From: Ascoidea asiatica JCM 7603
Lineage: Eukaryota > Fungi > Ascomycota
Reading direction: 5' to 3'
DNA: 56,275 bases
Assembly (NCBI GenBank): GCA_001600695.1
Contig: BCKQ01000002.1
Coordinates: forward strand, 304,613-360,887
The position numbers and the translations under genes are program-made. Below are positions 21,201 through 32,644 of this stretch, one piece after another. The notes beneath the pieces are model-generated. The model made no database searches. It saw only the letters and a program-made list of their open reading frames with translations, and had not been told where the DNA came from. The number at the start of each line of letters is the position of its first letter. The stretch's first letter is position 1.

Positions 21201-23465
21201 TTTAATCTGAAAGGAAAATCTCTGGGGTCAAGCTTATACTCTACTAAAAGCTTTTCCAGTAGTGTTATATCTAATAAAAGTACAAGCTCAGATAAAATAA
21301 GTCTTAGAATAGATGCATCATCGTTGAGTAAATCTGCCAAACAAAGAATCGAAGGTTACCAAAGCTTATTCTATTTATTACAGACACATCCTTGTTATTT
21401 TGAGAAATTATTGATAAATTTTGAAAATAATAGAAATGAAAGAAATAAAGTAGAATCTTATATTCTTGAAACTTTTAATATAATCAGTGGCCCTGGAAAT
21501 GAAGATAAAACTGAATTTAATTGCAAATCTAATCAATTAACCAAGAGGGAAGAGTATTTATTTGTACGATTTCTTGGATGTTTAATTCAGAATCAAATAA
21601 ATAGTAGTAAAAGTTTTGAAGATTTTGCTAAATTTCAAAATTCTTCATGGCAAAGACTACTTCAAAAATTTAATGGAAAAAAGTCAAATCAAGAGAGATT
21701 AAAAAATATTTTTGGTGATTTAATTACAGAAATATCACGTATGAATGATTTACCACTTGAAAGCAATCCTTTACAAATATACAGAAACAATTTGAAAATG
21801 CAAGAAAAAAAAACAGGCAAAAAATCCACTAAATCTATGAATATTACTGTCGAGGAAGCTATTTTAGATCCAGAAACAAGAGAAAAGTTTGTTGCTAATT
21901 TAAATACACTTCGTGGAATTTCAAATAAATTTTTAGTATTACTTGAAAATCATTACAAAGATCTTCCTAATCATATGAAAGCTCTTTGTTATACTGCAAA
22001 TCAAGAAATTAATAAAAAATTTCCAGCTTTAGCAGAAGACGAAAGACTCTCAATTGTTGGTTATATACTTTTTTCGAATTGTGTTAATGATATTATTTTA
22101 AATCCAGAAAAATATGGAGTTAGTTTAGTGGCATATTCAACTGGAGATATTTTAAAATTAAAGTATAACTTAAAAGGGATAATTAAAGTATTAAATCAAA
22201 TTGTTGTTATGAAACCATTTCCTGAAAAAGATATATTTTTTCACCCTTTAAATGATTATATTATAAAATCATCTGAGAAATGTTTATCCATATTTAAAAA
22301 TATGATAAATTTTGGTGATGTTGATAAAATATATGAAAAATCATTATATGATGATATGACATCATATTCAAGACCTTCATTATTAATTAACGTTGATATA
22401 ATGCTTTCTATAGAAACATTTTTAGACATGAATATTGAAATAATAGCTCCTTCTAAAAATGATCCTATAAGAAAACATATTAAAACTATAACAGATCTTT
22501 CATCAATAGGTAAAGATATTAAAAAAATAATACCAAGTAAATTATTTAAATTAAGTCTTAATCCTTGTAGTATTGATAATTTTAATAAAACTATTAAAGC
22601 ATCATCATTATTAGTTCAAACCAAAAGATGTGTTGTTTATTTAATGCTTGTTCAAGATAATGCTATAACATTAATGGATTTACTTTTATCAAAAATATCA
22701 GAAAATAATGAAAAGAAATTTGAATTATTAATGAAAGAAGGAAAAATTGATTTTGGAGAAAATAATATTTATAATAGTAGTAATACATTCCTTGGAGAAG
22801 ATTTTAGTAAAATGTCATATCATGAATTAAAACGTATATCATTAGAAAAACTTCTTGAACTTGAAGAAATGAAAATCATTTCAAGAGAAAATAATTTTCA
22901 AAAATTATTAAATGATATTGCAATTGATATAAAAACTAAACATGAACAAAGATTAGAGCGTCAAAAACAATTATTTACATTAAATAGAACATTAGAAGGA
23001 TTAATTGAAAAAGAAAAATATTTAAAAAATATTTCTGAAACATATTCAACATATATTAGTAAAGCAATGACAACATTACAAAAAAGACCATCATTTAAAA
23101 AAATTATTATACCCTTTACAAAAAAATATTTTTATCAAAGAGAATTAAAAAAAGAAGGAAAAACAGCTAAATTTGGATCATATAAAATGAGTTGTAAAAG
23201 ACTTTATGAAAATGGAGTTTTAAAATCAATTAAAGATCAAAGAAAATTAAATTTTATTATAAGTTGTGATAAAGTTGGAAGTTTTAGAATTGAAGCTCAA
23301 AGTAATATTATACCATTAGCTAGACCTGTTAATATTATAAGTTTAGATGAAATTTTACAATTTCAATATGAAAATAATCATGAGATTTCAATGTTTGATG
23401 GTGTTGTAATTTTTGATACAGATGGATTTTTAGCATTTCTTTTTAAGAAATTTTATACAAGATAA
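18261..23465 (+). CDS. IQG1: IQGAP-family cytokinesis scaffold
   Basis: Calponin-homology domain (YEYLCRVAEAKKWIE...DLYEGKNIPKVIFCIHALS), many IQ motifs (LQS..RG...R), RasGAP-related and RGCT regions. First ATG is at 18261; the track start is a TTG. Confidence 0.95.
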   Translation: MSSKSPRKTNKFASRYINLIDNDENQQEKYQSSKVKSISSKPALTQSPRTALKTISTSSHSPLVDKKSTSSLNQAGRKSILNYDIEYLTDMIFSDVETPNHPEIFLDSRSSGSLKHPISPTKQSPNKKTKIHFKKSIPQNNFQEHQAINHTRSISRNSNLRKKGQKTHKKVQLDPKIEVIDLEDADEVTGMKGRKRLQRRNSKDSTTLLSTTWVDNSRQSLQGYEYLCRVAEAKKWIEQCINEKLPPVKEIISDALRDGVILATLTKAFAPELVSKIIPGSKFNKLQYRHTENINYFFDFLAMVGMPDLFNFELTDLYEGKNIPKVIFCIHALSFILKDKAPKMQNLVGKLDFSDEEIKQSQKSIDASKMPNFKSVKDGGEKARNLGLKSSDSIHDISSLKVKESSVTENQIEVIKDPEDSKDVEEISEISFKVTPHKLKSKSPYPKVEPSSLLKEDANQTFNEFYDETTQILQLDEPSDEDLDMYIRSILRTQRAARGAIVRYKIFVQKLMVESFSTEIISLQSIARKHIFLKSDQFLKLSAKSSENFGSIVAFQSICKRLLIRKYVLEAKKSLICNDNLSKITELQAAIRSKSTFKLVNSDSFVLSMSTTKLIFLQSFIRGVLKRNSIKSLRNSILFDSVTSTLIAINKGKQIRNNLSNIIYSLKKNSNKITYIQAIIRSNMKQKQIFGNVSILNSIDKASLVQLQSSARSIIVQRKLIKILWTLNHSSGSIEELQSLFRGNCLRNALKSSHFSLFKMDMKISELQTIARGGLARSRIILVLDQIAENERFMLGFVAHCKGISERKKIQNKGAILFQNSGSIIAIQSIFRGVISRFKRELLFDELYDKEITFVNIQALSRGALLRTKIAKMEQYYRDHVDEITKVQSYIRAKYQGGAYRRLITLKNPPLTVIRRFAHLLNDTEKDFEEELKIDKINEKIKLKSAANERIELENEQLDSKIALLLMNKITFDEILHNQTFNLKGKSLGSSLYSTKSFSSSVISNKSTSSDKISLRIDASSLSKSAKQRIEGYQSLFYLLQTHPCYFEKLLINFENNRNERNKVESYILETFNIISGPGNEDKTEFNCKSNQLTKREEYLFVRFLGCLIQNQINSSKSFEDFAKFQNSSWQRLLQKFNGKKSNQERLKNIFGDLITEISRMNDLPLESNPLQIYRNNLKMQEKKTGKKSTKSMNITVEEAILDPETREKFVANLNTLRGISNKFLVLLENHYKDLPNHMKALCYTANQEINKKFPALAEDERLSIVGYILFSNCVNDIILNPEKYGVSLVAYSTGDILKLKYNLKGIIKVLNQIVVMKPFPEKDIFFHPLNDYIIKSSEKCLSIFKNMINFGDVDKIYEKSLYDDMTSYSRPSLLINVDIMLSIETFLDMNIEIIAPSKNDPIRKHIKTITDLSSIGKDIKKIIPSKLFKLSLNPCSIDNFNKTIKASSLLVQTKRCVVYLMLVQDNAITLMDLLLSKISENNEKKFELLMKEGKIDFGENNIYNSSNTFLGEDFSKMSYHELKRISLEKLLELEEMKIISRENNFQKLLNDIAIDIKTKHEQRLERQKQLFTLNRTLEGLIEKEKYLKNISETYSTYISKAMTTLQKRPSFKKIIIPFTKKYFYQRELKKEGKTAKFGSYKMSCKRLYENGVLKSIKDQRKLNFIISCDKVGSFRIEAQSNIIPLARPVNIISLDEILQFQYENNHEISMFDGVVIFDTDGFLAFLFKKFYTR

Positions 23466-23879
23466 AAGTAAATTTTTTTTTTTTCTTTTTTTTTTAATTA
23501 TTTTTGTTAACCCTCTTTATTTTTCTATATTTATTTGCTATATTTATATTTTTTTTGTTTTATTTGATACCCTTCTGTTTTATAACGTTTATTTTTAATA
23601 ATTATTTAATTAGATACCAAATTATATTTTGCTCTTAACAATTTGTACCACAATACAAATACAAAGTTAATTTATTTTAGTAGTGACAATAATTTAAAGT
23701 AGAAAATCCGTAAATTTGGCGACAGTGTTAAAAAAGCTTCCACGCATGAAAATGCATGAACTGTGCTCTTATGATTTTTTTAATTTGGTTTTAAATTTAA
23801 CAATATTTAAATAAAGTATTGAAGTTATAAATAATGGTAGTGTATTAGAAATAAATGACAATGATATATAATCATCAAA

Positions 23880-24410
23880 CTATTTTGATTTTGTTTTTGA
23901 CTTTGTTTTAGGTTTCAGCTTTGATTTTGATTTTAACTTTGATTTTGAATTAGTTTCCAAGGTAGAATCAGATTGCGAAGTTTGAATATTATCAAAAAAA
24001 TTACCAAGTTTTAAACTTTGAGCAGCAACTTCAGTTATAGATCTGAATCTTTTAGGACCTAATTGAGTTCCACCATACCATCTTGTCACCACAACTAAAA
24101 CATTCATAATATTTGCTCTTTCTAATAATACAAGTAATTTTTGACCTGCACCACTTTCACCACAATCATTGAAACCTTGATCAGATATTTGATTGGTTTT
24201 AATTTGAGGAATATTTTTTCCTATTCTCCAAGCCATTATGGCAGGATGAGATGCTTTTGAAATGTTTTTTGTTTGTTCTAGTAAACATTTTATCAAACTC
24301 GGGATTTCTTCAGTACTAGATAAAAATGTTGAATGACCTTGAAATTTTGATTTTTGGCAAATCAAAATCTCAGAAGAGTACCAAAGCTGTTTTTTCAAAC
24401 ATGCGTTCAT
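23880..24410 (-). CDS. IMPACT/UPF0029-family protein (YDL177C-like, about 176 aa)
   Basis: KSKFQGH, ASHPAIMAWR, DCGESGAG.KLL, VVVTRWYGGTQLGPKRFR. The ATG at 24410 is preferred because the upstream extension is non-conserved-looking and overlaps the promoter island. Confidence 0.85.
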   Translation of the reverse strand: MNACLKKQLWYSSEILICQKSKFQGHSTFLSSTEEIPSLIKCLLEQTKNISKASHPAIMAWRIGKNIPQIKTNQISDQGFNDCGESGAGQKLLVLLERANIMNVLVVVTRWYGGTQLGPKRFRSITEVAAQSLKLGNFFDNIQTSQSDSTLETNSKSKLKSKSKLKPKTKSKTKSK

Positions 24411-24519
24411 TAAATTGAGTATGAATTCCAAGGAAATGAAAGAGTAATTGAAAATACTCAATGAAAATACTGAATAAAGATACTGAAGATACTGAAAAAG
24501 AAGTGTCAACCACAAAGAA

Positions 24520-24720
24520 AGAAAATAAGAATAGGACGACTGTCCGTGCCAATGTGGATATGAACCGTGGTGCGGATGACAAAAAAATATAATTTTAATC
24601 AGCCACGTCATGTGACTTTGATTTGATTGAGGCTTGCGGCAGATTTCACATTTTGATTGCTCGGCGGAGGAAGATTCAAGTTTCCATGTGTTTAATCCCG
24701 GTTTAAATATCAGTTGCCCA
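24520..24720. promoter_or_regulatory. GC-rich divergent promoter island (IMPACT-like / YET)
   Basis: GC rise between head-to-head genes. CCACGTCA overlaps GTCATGTGAC (24607-24616); TCGGCGG at 24661. Confidence 0.6.
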
Positions 24721-25034
24721 TCAGAAAAAAATACCCTTTTTTTGAAAAAGGATCAAGAATAAATAGTGTTGTAAAATGTAATGAATTAAAGTGTCAATTG
24801 CCTTATCAATTATTTGTTAATCAAAGACTTGCAAAATTAAATACTTCTTTTCTTTCATATAAAACAAAGTAAAACTAAATATCAATTCAATTCAATTCAA
24901 TTCAAATCAAATCAATTCAATTCAATCAACCTTTTCTTCTAACAAGGTTTTTTTTTGCGCTTCATTCAACTCTCATATCAATCTTCTCATTTAAACATTA
25001 TTAAAATTTATTAATTCAATAAAAAATATCAAAA

Positions 25035-25742
25035 ATGTCTATTTATATGTCATTTATCTTTATTTCATTAGTAATTGAAATGATTATTTTAATTTTATTA
25101 GTAATTCCATTTCCATTACCAATAAGAAAACAATTTGTTACAATTTCAAAAATCTTAGGTACTTCAGTTCATTTTAATATATCTATAAAAATATTTGGTG
25201 GTTTAATATTAATATTATTTTTAGATGCAATTAATCGTTCTTCTTCAATTAGTTTACATGGTCAAAATGGTTCTATTATGAATAATAATAATAATAATAA
25301 TAACAACAATAATAATGTAAATAATAATATGAATAATAATATGAATACTCCAATTATAGTAACTCCAGAAATGATTGCAAGTAAATTTTATCATCAAAGA
25401 AATATTTATTTATCAGGTGCTGTTTTATTTTTTTTAATGGCAATTCCAACTGTTTTAACAATTTTAGGTAAAATTGTTAAATATAAATATCTATTACAAG
25501 ATATTGAAAAAATTAATAATAATAATAATAATAACAATAATACTAAAAATAAAAATTCTTCAAAAGAAGATACTAAAGAAATTTCAATTTTAGAAAACGA
25601 ATTAAAACAAAAAACAATTGATTATGAAACTTTAATGAAACAAGTTAATAATTTACAATCTGCTTATAATGAAAAAGCTGATAAAGTAAATAATATTAGT
25701 AGTAATATTGAAATGAAAAATATCAATAAAAAAGATTTATGA
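25035..25742 (+). CDS. BAP29/BAP31-family ER membrane protein (Yet1/2/3-like)
   Basis: Three TM segments, LFLDAINR, KFYHQRNIYLSG..LFL, C-terminal coiled coil, KKxx ER-retrieval end (KKDL). Confidence 0.9.
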   Translation: MSIYMSFIFISLVIEMIILILLVIPFPLPIRKQFVTISKILGTSVHFNISIKIFGGLILILFLDAINRSSSISLHGQNGSIMNNNNNNNNNNNNVNNNMNNNMNTPIIVTPEMIASKFYHQRNIYLSGAVLFFLMAIPTVLTILGKIVKYKYLLQDIEKINNNNNNNNNTKNKNSSKEDTKEISILENELKQKTIDYETLMKQVNNLQSAYNEKADKVNNISSNIEMKNINKKDL

Positions 25743-25828
25743 AATCATTGCTAATTCATATATATAATTATACAGTATATATATATAATATAATATAATA
25801 TAATATATAAATAAAATTAAGTTTATAA

Positions 25829-27436
25829 TTAAAATGTAGTTCCAATAGAAATTAAATATATTGGTGGTTCACCAGTTTTTTCTCTTTTACTTTTTGAAAT
25901 TTTTCTACCTGCTTTCCAACTACCAGCTTCAATTAATTGTGGTAATGTTAAATTTGCATTTAATTTTTTATTAACTAAAGGTAATAAATAATCTAAAAAT
26001 CCAATTGTAATTGCTCTCCATTCAACAATTATATCATCACTTGCATAATAACATGGTACATTATAAGGATTTTTAAAACTATCTTCAAATGTAAAACTTT
26101 CTTTAACTTTTTCACTATTTTTAGCACCTTCATCTAAAATTTTATCTTTAATTGTTAATAAATTAAAATCTAATAATAAACCACCATTTCTATATTCTGG
26201 TAAACCTGTTAATAAATGTTTATTTTTAAATTTTAAATTACCTAATTCTGGATTTTCTAATATAACAATTAATGAATATGTTAACCATTGTAATAATTTA
26301 TGAAATGGTATAACTTTTAAATTACCATTATCATTATATTGCCATGCATCACCTAATGGAATTCTATCTTCTTCAGTTATAAGTTTTGATTCCCAAATAT
26401 CATTAAAACATTTAATTAAAAGATCCCATAAATCAGCAGTATCAACTTCATTTGTTGAAGAATTTTCAGATAAAAAAATTAAAAAATCAATTAAATTACC
26501 TGGTCTTAAAGATTTTTCTTCATTACTATAAAAAATATCAGGATGTTCTTCTAAAGAAACTCCTAAATCATTTAATAAAAGTAATCTACTACTTAAACCA
26601 ATTAAAAGATTTTTTTGATCAATTTGTAACATATAATTTAAATCAGAAAAAGTTACATTTTTTAAAGATGTTGAATCAACAATATAAGGATCTAAATGAT
26701 TAGAAGAAAAAAAACCTTTAACAAACATATTATAAGTTGCAATTGCCATACCTTCAGAACGTGTAAAAATATGATTTGATAATGGATCTTTATAAGACCA
26801 ATTAACACCAGTACCAGCATCTAAAAGTACAGAAACAAAAAATAAATCAATAAGTTTTTTAGCTTTAGAAATATTTGTAATATCTTTAAATTGATCAGGT
26901 AAAATTTTATCAATTAAAATAGAAATTCTTTTAATTGAATCAGTTTCAAAATGTTGCCATCTTGAATGTGGAGGAATTTTATTATAATCTGGATAATAAT
27001 CTTGTTTAATTAAATCAGAAATATAATTTACACAATTATCTAAATATTCTGGATGAGAAGTAAAATTTGAATCAAAATTATTTAAAGTATTTGTAAAAAC
27101 TTTTTTAAAAATTGGAGTTGATAATTCTCTAACAGATTGTAAAGATAATAGATATTTTGAATCTTCACCTTCTAAATAGTCAACAGTTGAAGAATTTACT
27201 GTTTTTTCAATTGGTTCATTAGGTAATTGTTCAGGTAATTGTTCATGTAGTTGTTCATGTAGTTGTTCATGTTCTTCGTTTGGATTTTCATGTGATTTCT
27301 CAGGAGTTTCCTCTGGTGATTTCTTAGAAGATTTCTCGGAAGATTCAGTTGGTGGTTCATTAGGTGATTGGATAGATAGTTCGTTAAATGATTGAATAGG
27401 TGATTCAGCAGGTGTTCCACGAGGTGATTGATCCAT
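25829..27436 (-). CDS. URC4: Uracil catabolism protein 4 (DUF1688 family)
   Basis: YLLSLQSVRE, IPPHSRWQHF, DLFFVSVLLDAG, RSEG.A.A, PFHKL.QWLTYSL, TGLPEYRNGGL, IVEWRA.T, EAGSWKAGR, terminal GTTF. The N-terminus has EQLH/EQLP repeats. Confidence 0.9.
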   Translation of the reverse strand: MDQSPRGTPAESPIQSFNELSIQSPNEPPTESSEKSSKKSPEETPEKSHENPNEEHEQLHEQLHEQLPEQLPNEPIEKTVNSSTVDYLEGEDSKYLLSLQSVRELSTPIFKKVFTNTLNNFDSNFTSHPEYLDNCVNYISDLIKQDYYPDYNKIPPHSRWQHFETDSIKRISILIDKILPDQFKDITNISKAKKLIDLFFVSVLLDAGTGVNWSYKDPLSNHIFTRSEGMAIATYNMFVKGFFSSNHLDPYIVDSTSLKNVTFSDLNYMLQIDQKNLLIGLSSRLLLLNDLGVSLEEHPDIFYSNEEKSLRPGNLIDFLIFLSENSSTNEVDTADLWDLLIKCFNDIWESKLITEEDRIPLGDAWQYNDNGNLKVIPFHKLLQWLTYSLIVILENPELGNLKFKNKHLLTGLPEYRNGGLLLDFNLLTIKDKILDEGAKNSEKVKESFTFEDSFKNPYNVPCYYASDDIIVEWRAITIGFLDYLLPLVNKKLNANLTLPQLIEAGSWKAGRKISKSKREKTGEPPIYLISIGTTF

Positions 27437-27714
27437 TTGTTAATAAGTTTATTATATGTTTAGTGATTTTAATTGATGAATGATTTTAATTGATTAATGA
27501 TTTGAATAATTGAATAATTGAATAATTGAATAATTGGCTGTAATTGATTGAATAATTGATTTCGAAGAATAAAAGAAATAATTGAATGAAAAAAATATTA
27601 AATGAAAAAAGGGAGTATTTATATCATTTATTATACATTGTGAATTGAATTGACTAGAATACAATAGCAATATTATAGACAATTGAAATTGAATATAAGT
27701 TTAATCGAGTTCTA

Positions 27715-28200
27715 ATCCAGTCTCGAAAACAATAAGAGAGTCAAGCCTCGGATATACCTCGGGAAAGTGAGGAAGATCCCCAGAAAGGGAGTCAACAAGG
27801 CACGTGTTTTATTCTTATCTTATCTTTCCGAGTAACTCAACTCAAGCAATAGAGATCCATTTCAGTGGCGTTTCATGTGTCACGGGACCTTTTAGTGCTT
27901 AAAGATTGCAGTTGCTTTTGAAGTGAGCCCCGCGAGGCTTTTGACCCCCGGTTTGATTTGCTTGCGGGTCCAATGTCACGTGCTTGGTTGATCCGACCTG
28001 TTTGCTGCCAGCGCTGCCGTGTTCAGAGCGTTAGCGTTGCTGCTTCTGCTCCTACCACTGCCGCTGCGCGAGGAAAAAAGAAGAAAAGAAGAAAAGAATA
28101 ACAGACAAAATTGCTCTAGTGAGTGTTTAGCGAGTGCTTAGCAGAAAGAGAAAGAACCCTTTTTATTGAGTTGAATTCCATCGTCGTTTCACTTGAAATC
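27715..28200. promoter_or_regulatory. GC-rich divergent promoter island (URC4 / SKG3-CAF120-like)
   Basis: CACGTG at 27801 and 27977, TGTCACG twice, direct CTCGG repeats at about 27747-27762 (possible Zn-cluster sites). Confidence 0.65.
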
Positions 28201-28951
28201 AATCCTCTGACTCCAGCTGTTCCTCAAGATTCAATTTGAAATAGATAATATTGTAAAGCAATACAGAATATAATAGAATACAGAATACAGAATACAATAT
28301 TCAATATTCAAAATTCAAAATTCATAATTCAATATCAATTATTAGTTATTATTCCAATTAGAATTAGAATTTCTGATTCATTGTCATTGTCTGTATTCAT
28401 ATTCATATTCATATTCATTTTCATTTTCATTTTCATATTCATTTTCATTTCCTTCCATAAACATAAACAAATCATAAACAAATCATAAACAAATCTATCA
28501 TATCCTCTCATCTCTTCTCAGCTCTTCTCATTTTCTCAATCTCTCATTCTTTCAATTATTTAATTTGGGTATTTCTATTTCTCATAAATTTTGAATCAAT
28601 CATTGAGAAAAATAATCATAAACCATTAGTAATAAATCATAATTTATAAGCCATATATTATAGATCATAAACTCATCTTTTGTCTCAATTTTTCACTCGT
28701 TTTTTTTTTTATTTTTCTAACGTAAATAAACTAAATTACCTTTTTGCCATTCATTTCTAATTTTAGTACTTAATATATTAAATTATTCAATAATAATCAA
28801 TATTTGTTATTTAATTTATTTAAATATTCAATCTTACTCATTTAAAATATATTTATTTTCATTCTTCAAATCTTACTCTTAATTCAATCATATATATATT
28901 TAAAATATATTATTATAATATTAATTAACTATTTTTATTAACTCCATTAAA

Positions 28952-29454
28952 ATGCCTTCCTTTTCAAAATTCTTTTCAAAATCAAAATCAAAATCAAATA
29001 AATCAAAATCTGATTCAAAATCTGATTCAAAATCAAATAATAATTCAAATACAAATTCAAATTCAAATTCAATTCCAATTCCAATTCCAATTCCAATTGG
29101 TCAAGCACCAACTCCTCCTTCAAAATCTAATTCTATTAATCCTTTCAATTCATCTCAAGAAACTCAAGAATCTCAAGATGAAAATATATTTGCTGATCGA
29201 TCTTTAAATAATAATAGTAATAATAGTCCTCAATTACAACCTCCTGTTCAATTAGATCATGATAATATCAATAATATCAACAATTTCAATAATAACTCTA
29301 TTATTAATAATAATTTATCTTCCTCTTTTCAACAAACTTCAATTCCAACTTCTTTCATGAGACCAAGATCCTCTTCAAGATCTTCAAATTTGCAATCAAA
29401 TTTACAATCTTTTCCAATTAATGATATTCTCACTACTACCACTACCACAACCAC

Positions 29455-29489
<35 letters not shown>

Positions 29490-31732
29490 TACAGGATTAT
29501 AATAAACATAACAAAAGACAATCAGTTAATAGCCAAAGAAGTTTTTCAATAAATTCAATTGTCTCAAATAACTTAAATACTCCAAATCAAAATCATATCA
29601 ATAATAGTAGCAATAATAATATCAAAAAAAGAAATTTATCTTCCCCTTGGGAATTACCTGATTCAACTCCAGAAGAATTAATTCCAATCTTAACTTTAAT
29701 TGGTTCTCAACAAGCAAGACTCTATAATGAAGGCTTTTTTAAAATTTCTATAAAAAAATCAAATTTTATTTCAAATGCTCCAATTTTATCTCCTCAAATT
29801 CAACAACAATCTCAATCTCAACAACAACAACAACCATCTTCTGATATTGATGATGATTTCTTTGTTGTTTATGGTTCATTATCTGGTAATGAATTAGCAA
29901 TTTGGAAATCAGATGATACTCAATTTAAACCAATTTATATAAATATTAGTGATGCAGTTTTTAAAAATGATTTTAAAAATTTCACTTTAAAAATTATTTC
30001 TCCTTCTTTAAATACTTATATTTTAAAATTTGATTCAATTTTAATTCAAAAAAATTGGTTTTCTGCTTTATTATTATCTTATTTTGAATATAATTGTTTA
30101 CATGAAGCTTATACTGGTGCTTTATTATCTTGTAAAGCAATTCATTTATCTGATATTAAAACTTTATTATCTGAATCGAGATATTCTGTTGCAGAATGGT
30201 GTAATATAAAATTAAATTATATTAATTCAAAATGGTCAAAAGTTTATGTAGTTGTAACTCCTGGTCAAAAAGATAAAAATAAATTTGGTTCAATTTCAAT
30301 TTATAATTCAAATAAAACAAATAAAAAAAATTTAATTTTAACAATTAAAAAAGCTTTCACTTGTTTTGCTGTTTATCCTCAAGGTCCTGAAGTTATTGAT
30401 GAAAGTTCTTTATTAAAAATTGAAGGTGAAATTACTGTATATAATTGGAAACATTTAATTTCAAAAAACGTAAATAATATACTTTCTGCTTCAAATACTC
30501 CTAAAATTAATCAATCTGTTAATAATAGTTCTAATAATTTACCATTTTCACCTTCATCTTCTTCTCATTCTTCTTTTAAAAATCGTTCAAGATCTTCTTC
30601 AATTGGTTCTTTTGTTAAAAAGAAATCTTCAAATTCTTCTTTAAGTAGTTCTTTCTCAAATTTTAATCAAAATGAAAGTTCTGATAGTATAAATAATTTA
30701 TTTGGTAAATCTTCAATATTGAATACTTCTTTATATTTATTACCTGAAAGACATCCTTCTGTTAAAAATTTTGAAACAATGATAAGATTTTTAATTCCAA
30801 TTTTTGATGCTTTTAATTTATATGGTAGACCAAAAAGATTAATTTCTGATAAAGGTAATTTAAGCTCATTATTATTTGGTTTACCAGTTTTACCAAAAAC
30901 AAAATATTTAAATTATTCTGATTGTGTAGATTTGGTAAGTAAAAAAATTGATGGAATTCCAATTCCAAGAAATATTTCAATAGATTCTAATGAATCTTCA
31001 GTTAATAAAAAAAGTTCAAAAAAAATTAAATTTGGATTAACTGCAAAACAAAAAGCTAAAGAAGATGAAAAATCTAAATCAAATAAAACAATCGAAGAAT
31101 ATACTAATCTGTTACCAATTTCAGATTGGACAAATAAAGAATGGATTGAATTTTTGAAAACAGAAATTAAATATAAGTTAAATAACGGTTATCAAGGTTC
31201 TGGTGATTTAGTAACTGATTTAAAGTCTGCAGTTACTTTAACTCGTGATTCAGATTTTTCTGTTCGTGGTTATGATACAGCTAATACTATTTCAAGAAAA
31301 AGTTCAATGTCTAATAGAGATTCAATTCCAAATAGATCTAATAGAAATTCATTAATTGCTAATCCATTATTAGCATCCAAAAGAAATTCATTGACAAATT
31401 TTGGTCTTGGATTACATATAAGTTCTGCTTCAAATTCTTCTAATAATTTTACTTCAAATCTTCGAAATAATGAAACTGAAAATTCAAATCAATATCCTTA
31501 CTTAAATCAAGATTCTTCTAATTCAATTTCAACTCAAGGTTTCAATAATGCTTCATTAAGTGTAGATAATATTTCAAATTCAAATAATTTAGGTCTTCCA
31601 GAAGGTGATGAAAGAAGAAAAACCTATACAACTGTTAATGAATATATTAGTTCATATGCTGATGGAGGAGATCTGACTTCTCATAATGGTGAAGTTATAA
31701 GTTCTTCGGCAATTCCTGTTGCTAGTAATTAA
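28952..31732 (+). CDS. Skg3/Caf120-family PH-domain protein
   Basis: PEELIPILTL...YNEG, LSGNELAIW...KPIYINISDA, LHEAYTGALLS, AVYP......SSLLKIEG, LPERHPSV..FETMIRFLIP.FDAFNLYGRPKRL, SLLFGLP. Confidence 0.85.
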
Positions 31733-32644
31733 AATCAAAATTGTTAGGTTTTTGGCTTCTTTGATTATCTTGTTATTTATTTCTATTCTATTCCAATTTA
31801 GGTCATAGAGACATATTGTATTAATATTATATATAATATCTACAGTATGTTTTTTTACCGAATTATTACTTATTTCTTTCTAAAAAAAATTTATTATATT
31901 TATTTTCATTTTCATTTTCACTTCCAATTCGAAACCAATTTCAAATACATTTTTATTTTCAATTTTTTATTTTTTAGATTAAATCAAAAAAAATTTTTGT
32001 TTACCGTTTTGTAATCAAATTCAATTTAATATTATATAAGAACTAACTGTAGCCTAAATATAATTATAAAATAATTTCGTTCGTTTTCTATTTAATTCAG
32101 GAAATTGAAAAAAAAATAGCTATCAAAAACTTAAATTAACCTATTTTTTATCAATTATTGTCAAGTTATTAAAGTTCATTTGTATTAAAATCTATATTGT
32201 AAAAGGGATTGAATTTAAAGGGTATATTCGAAACTGATCTTAAGCAAAAGATTGAAGTTGTTGATTTAGCCTGGTTATAGATGGAGCTAATTTACAATTA
32301 AGTTAGGCTGAGAAGAAAAAAATAAAAGGTAAAGAGAACAATAAACAATTAAAGATAATGGGATAAGCTTTCAAAAATAAAAATTAAAGAATAGGAAACA
32401 AAATAAAACAAAACGATGAATATAATAAAATAAAATAAAGTAAAAAAAAAGTAATGGAACAAGATATAAAAAATTAGAAAATAAAAGAAAGATTTTGAAG
32501 CAAAAAAATAAGAAAGAAATCAAAGGCAAAAGCAAATATCGAAGGTTAATTAAAACAAAACCATTTGAACTAGAAAATAATAAAAGTTTATAAATTGAAA
32601 AAAAGATTTGAAATGTTTTATAAGATTAATTATTAATTATTAAT

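Noticed and set aside
24411-24611. 67-aa N-terminal extension of the IMPACT-family ORF
   Set aside because: It overlaps the promoter island and family similarity begins after the ATG at 24410. It cannot be fully excluded.
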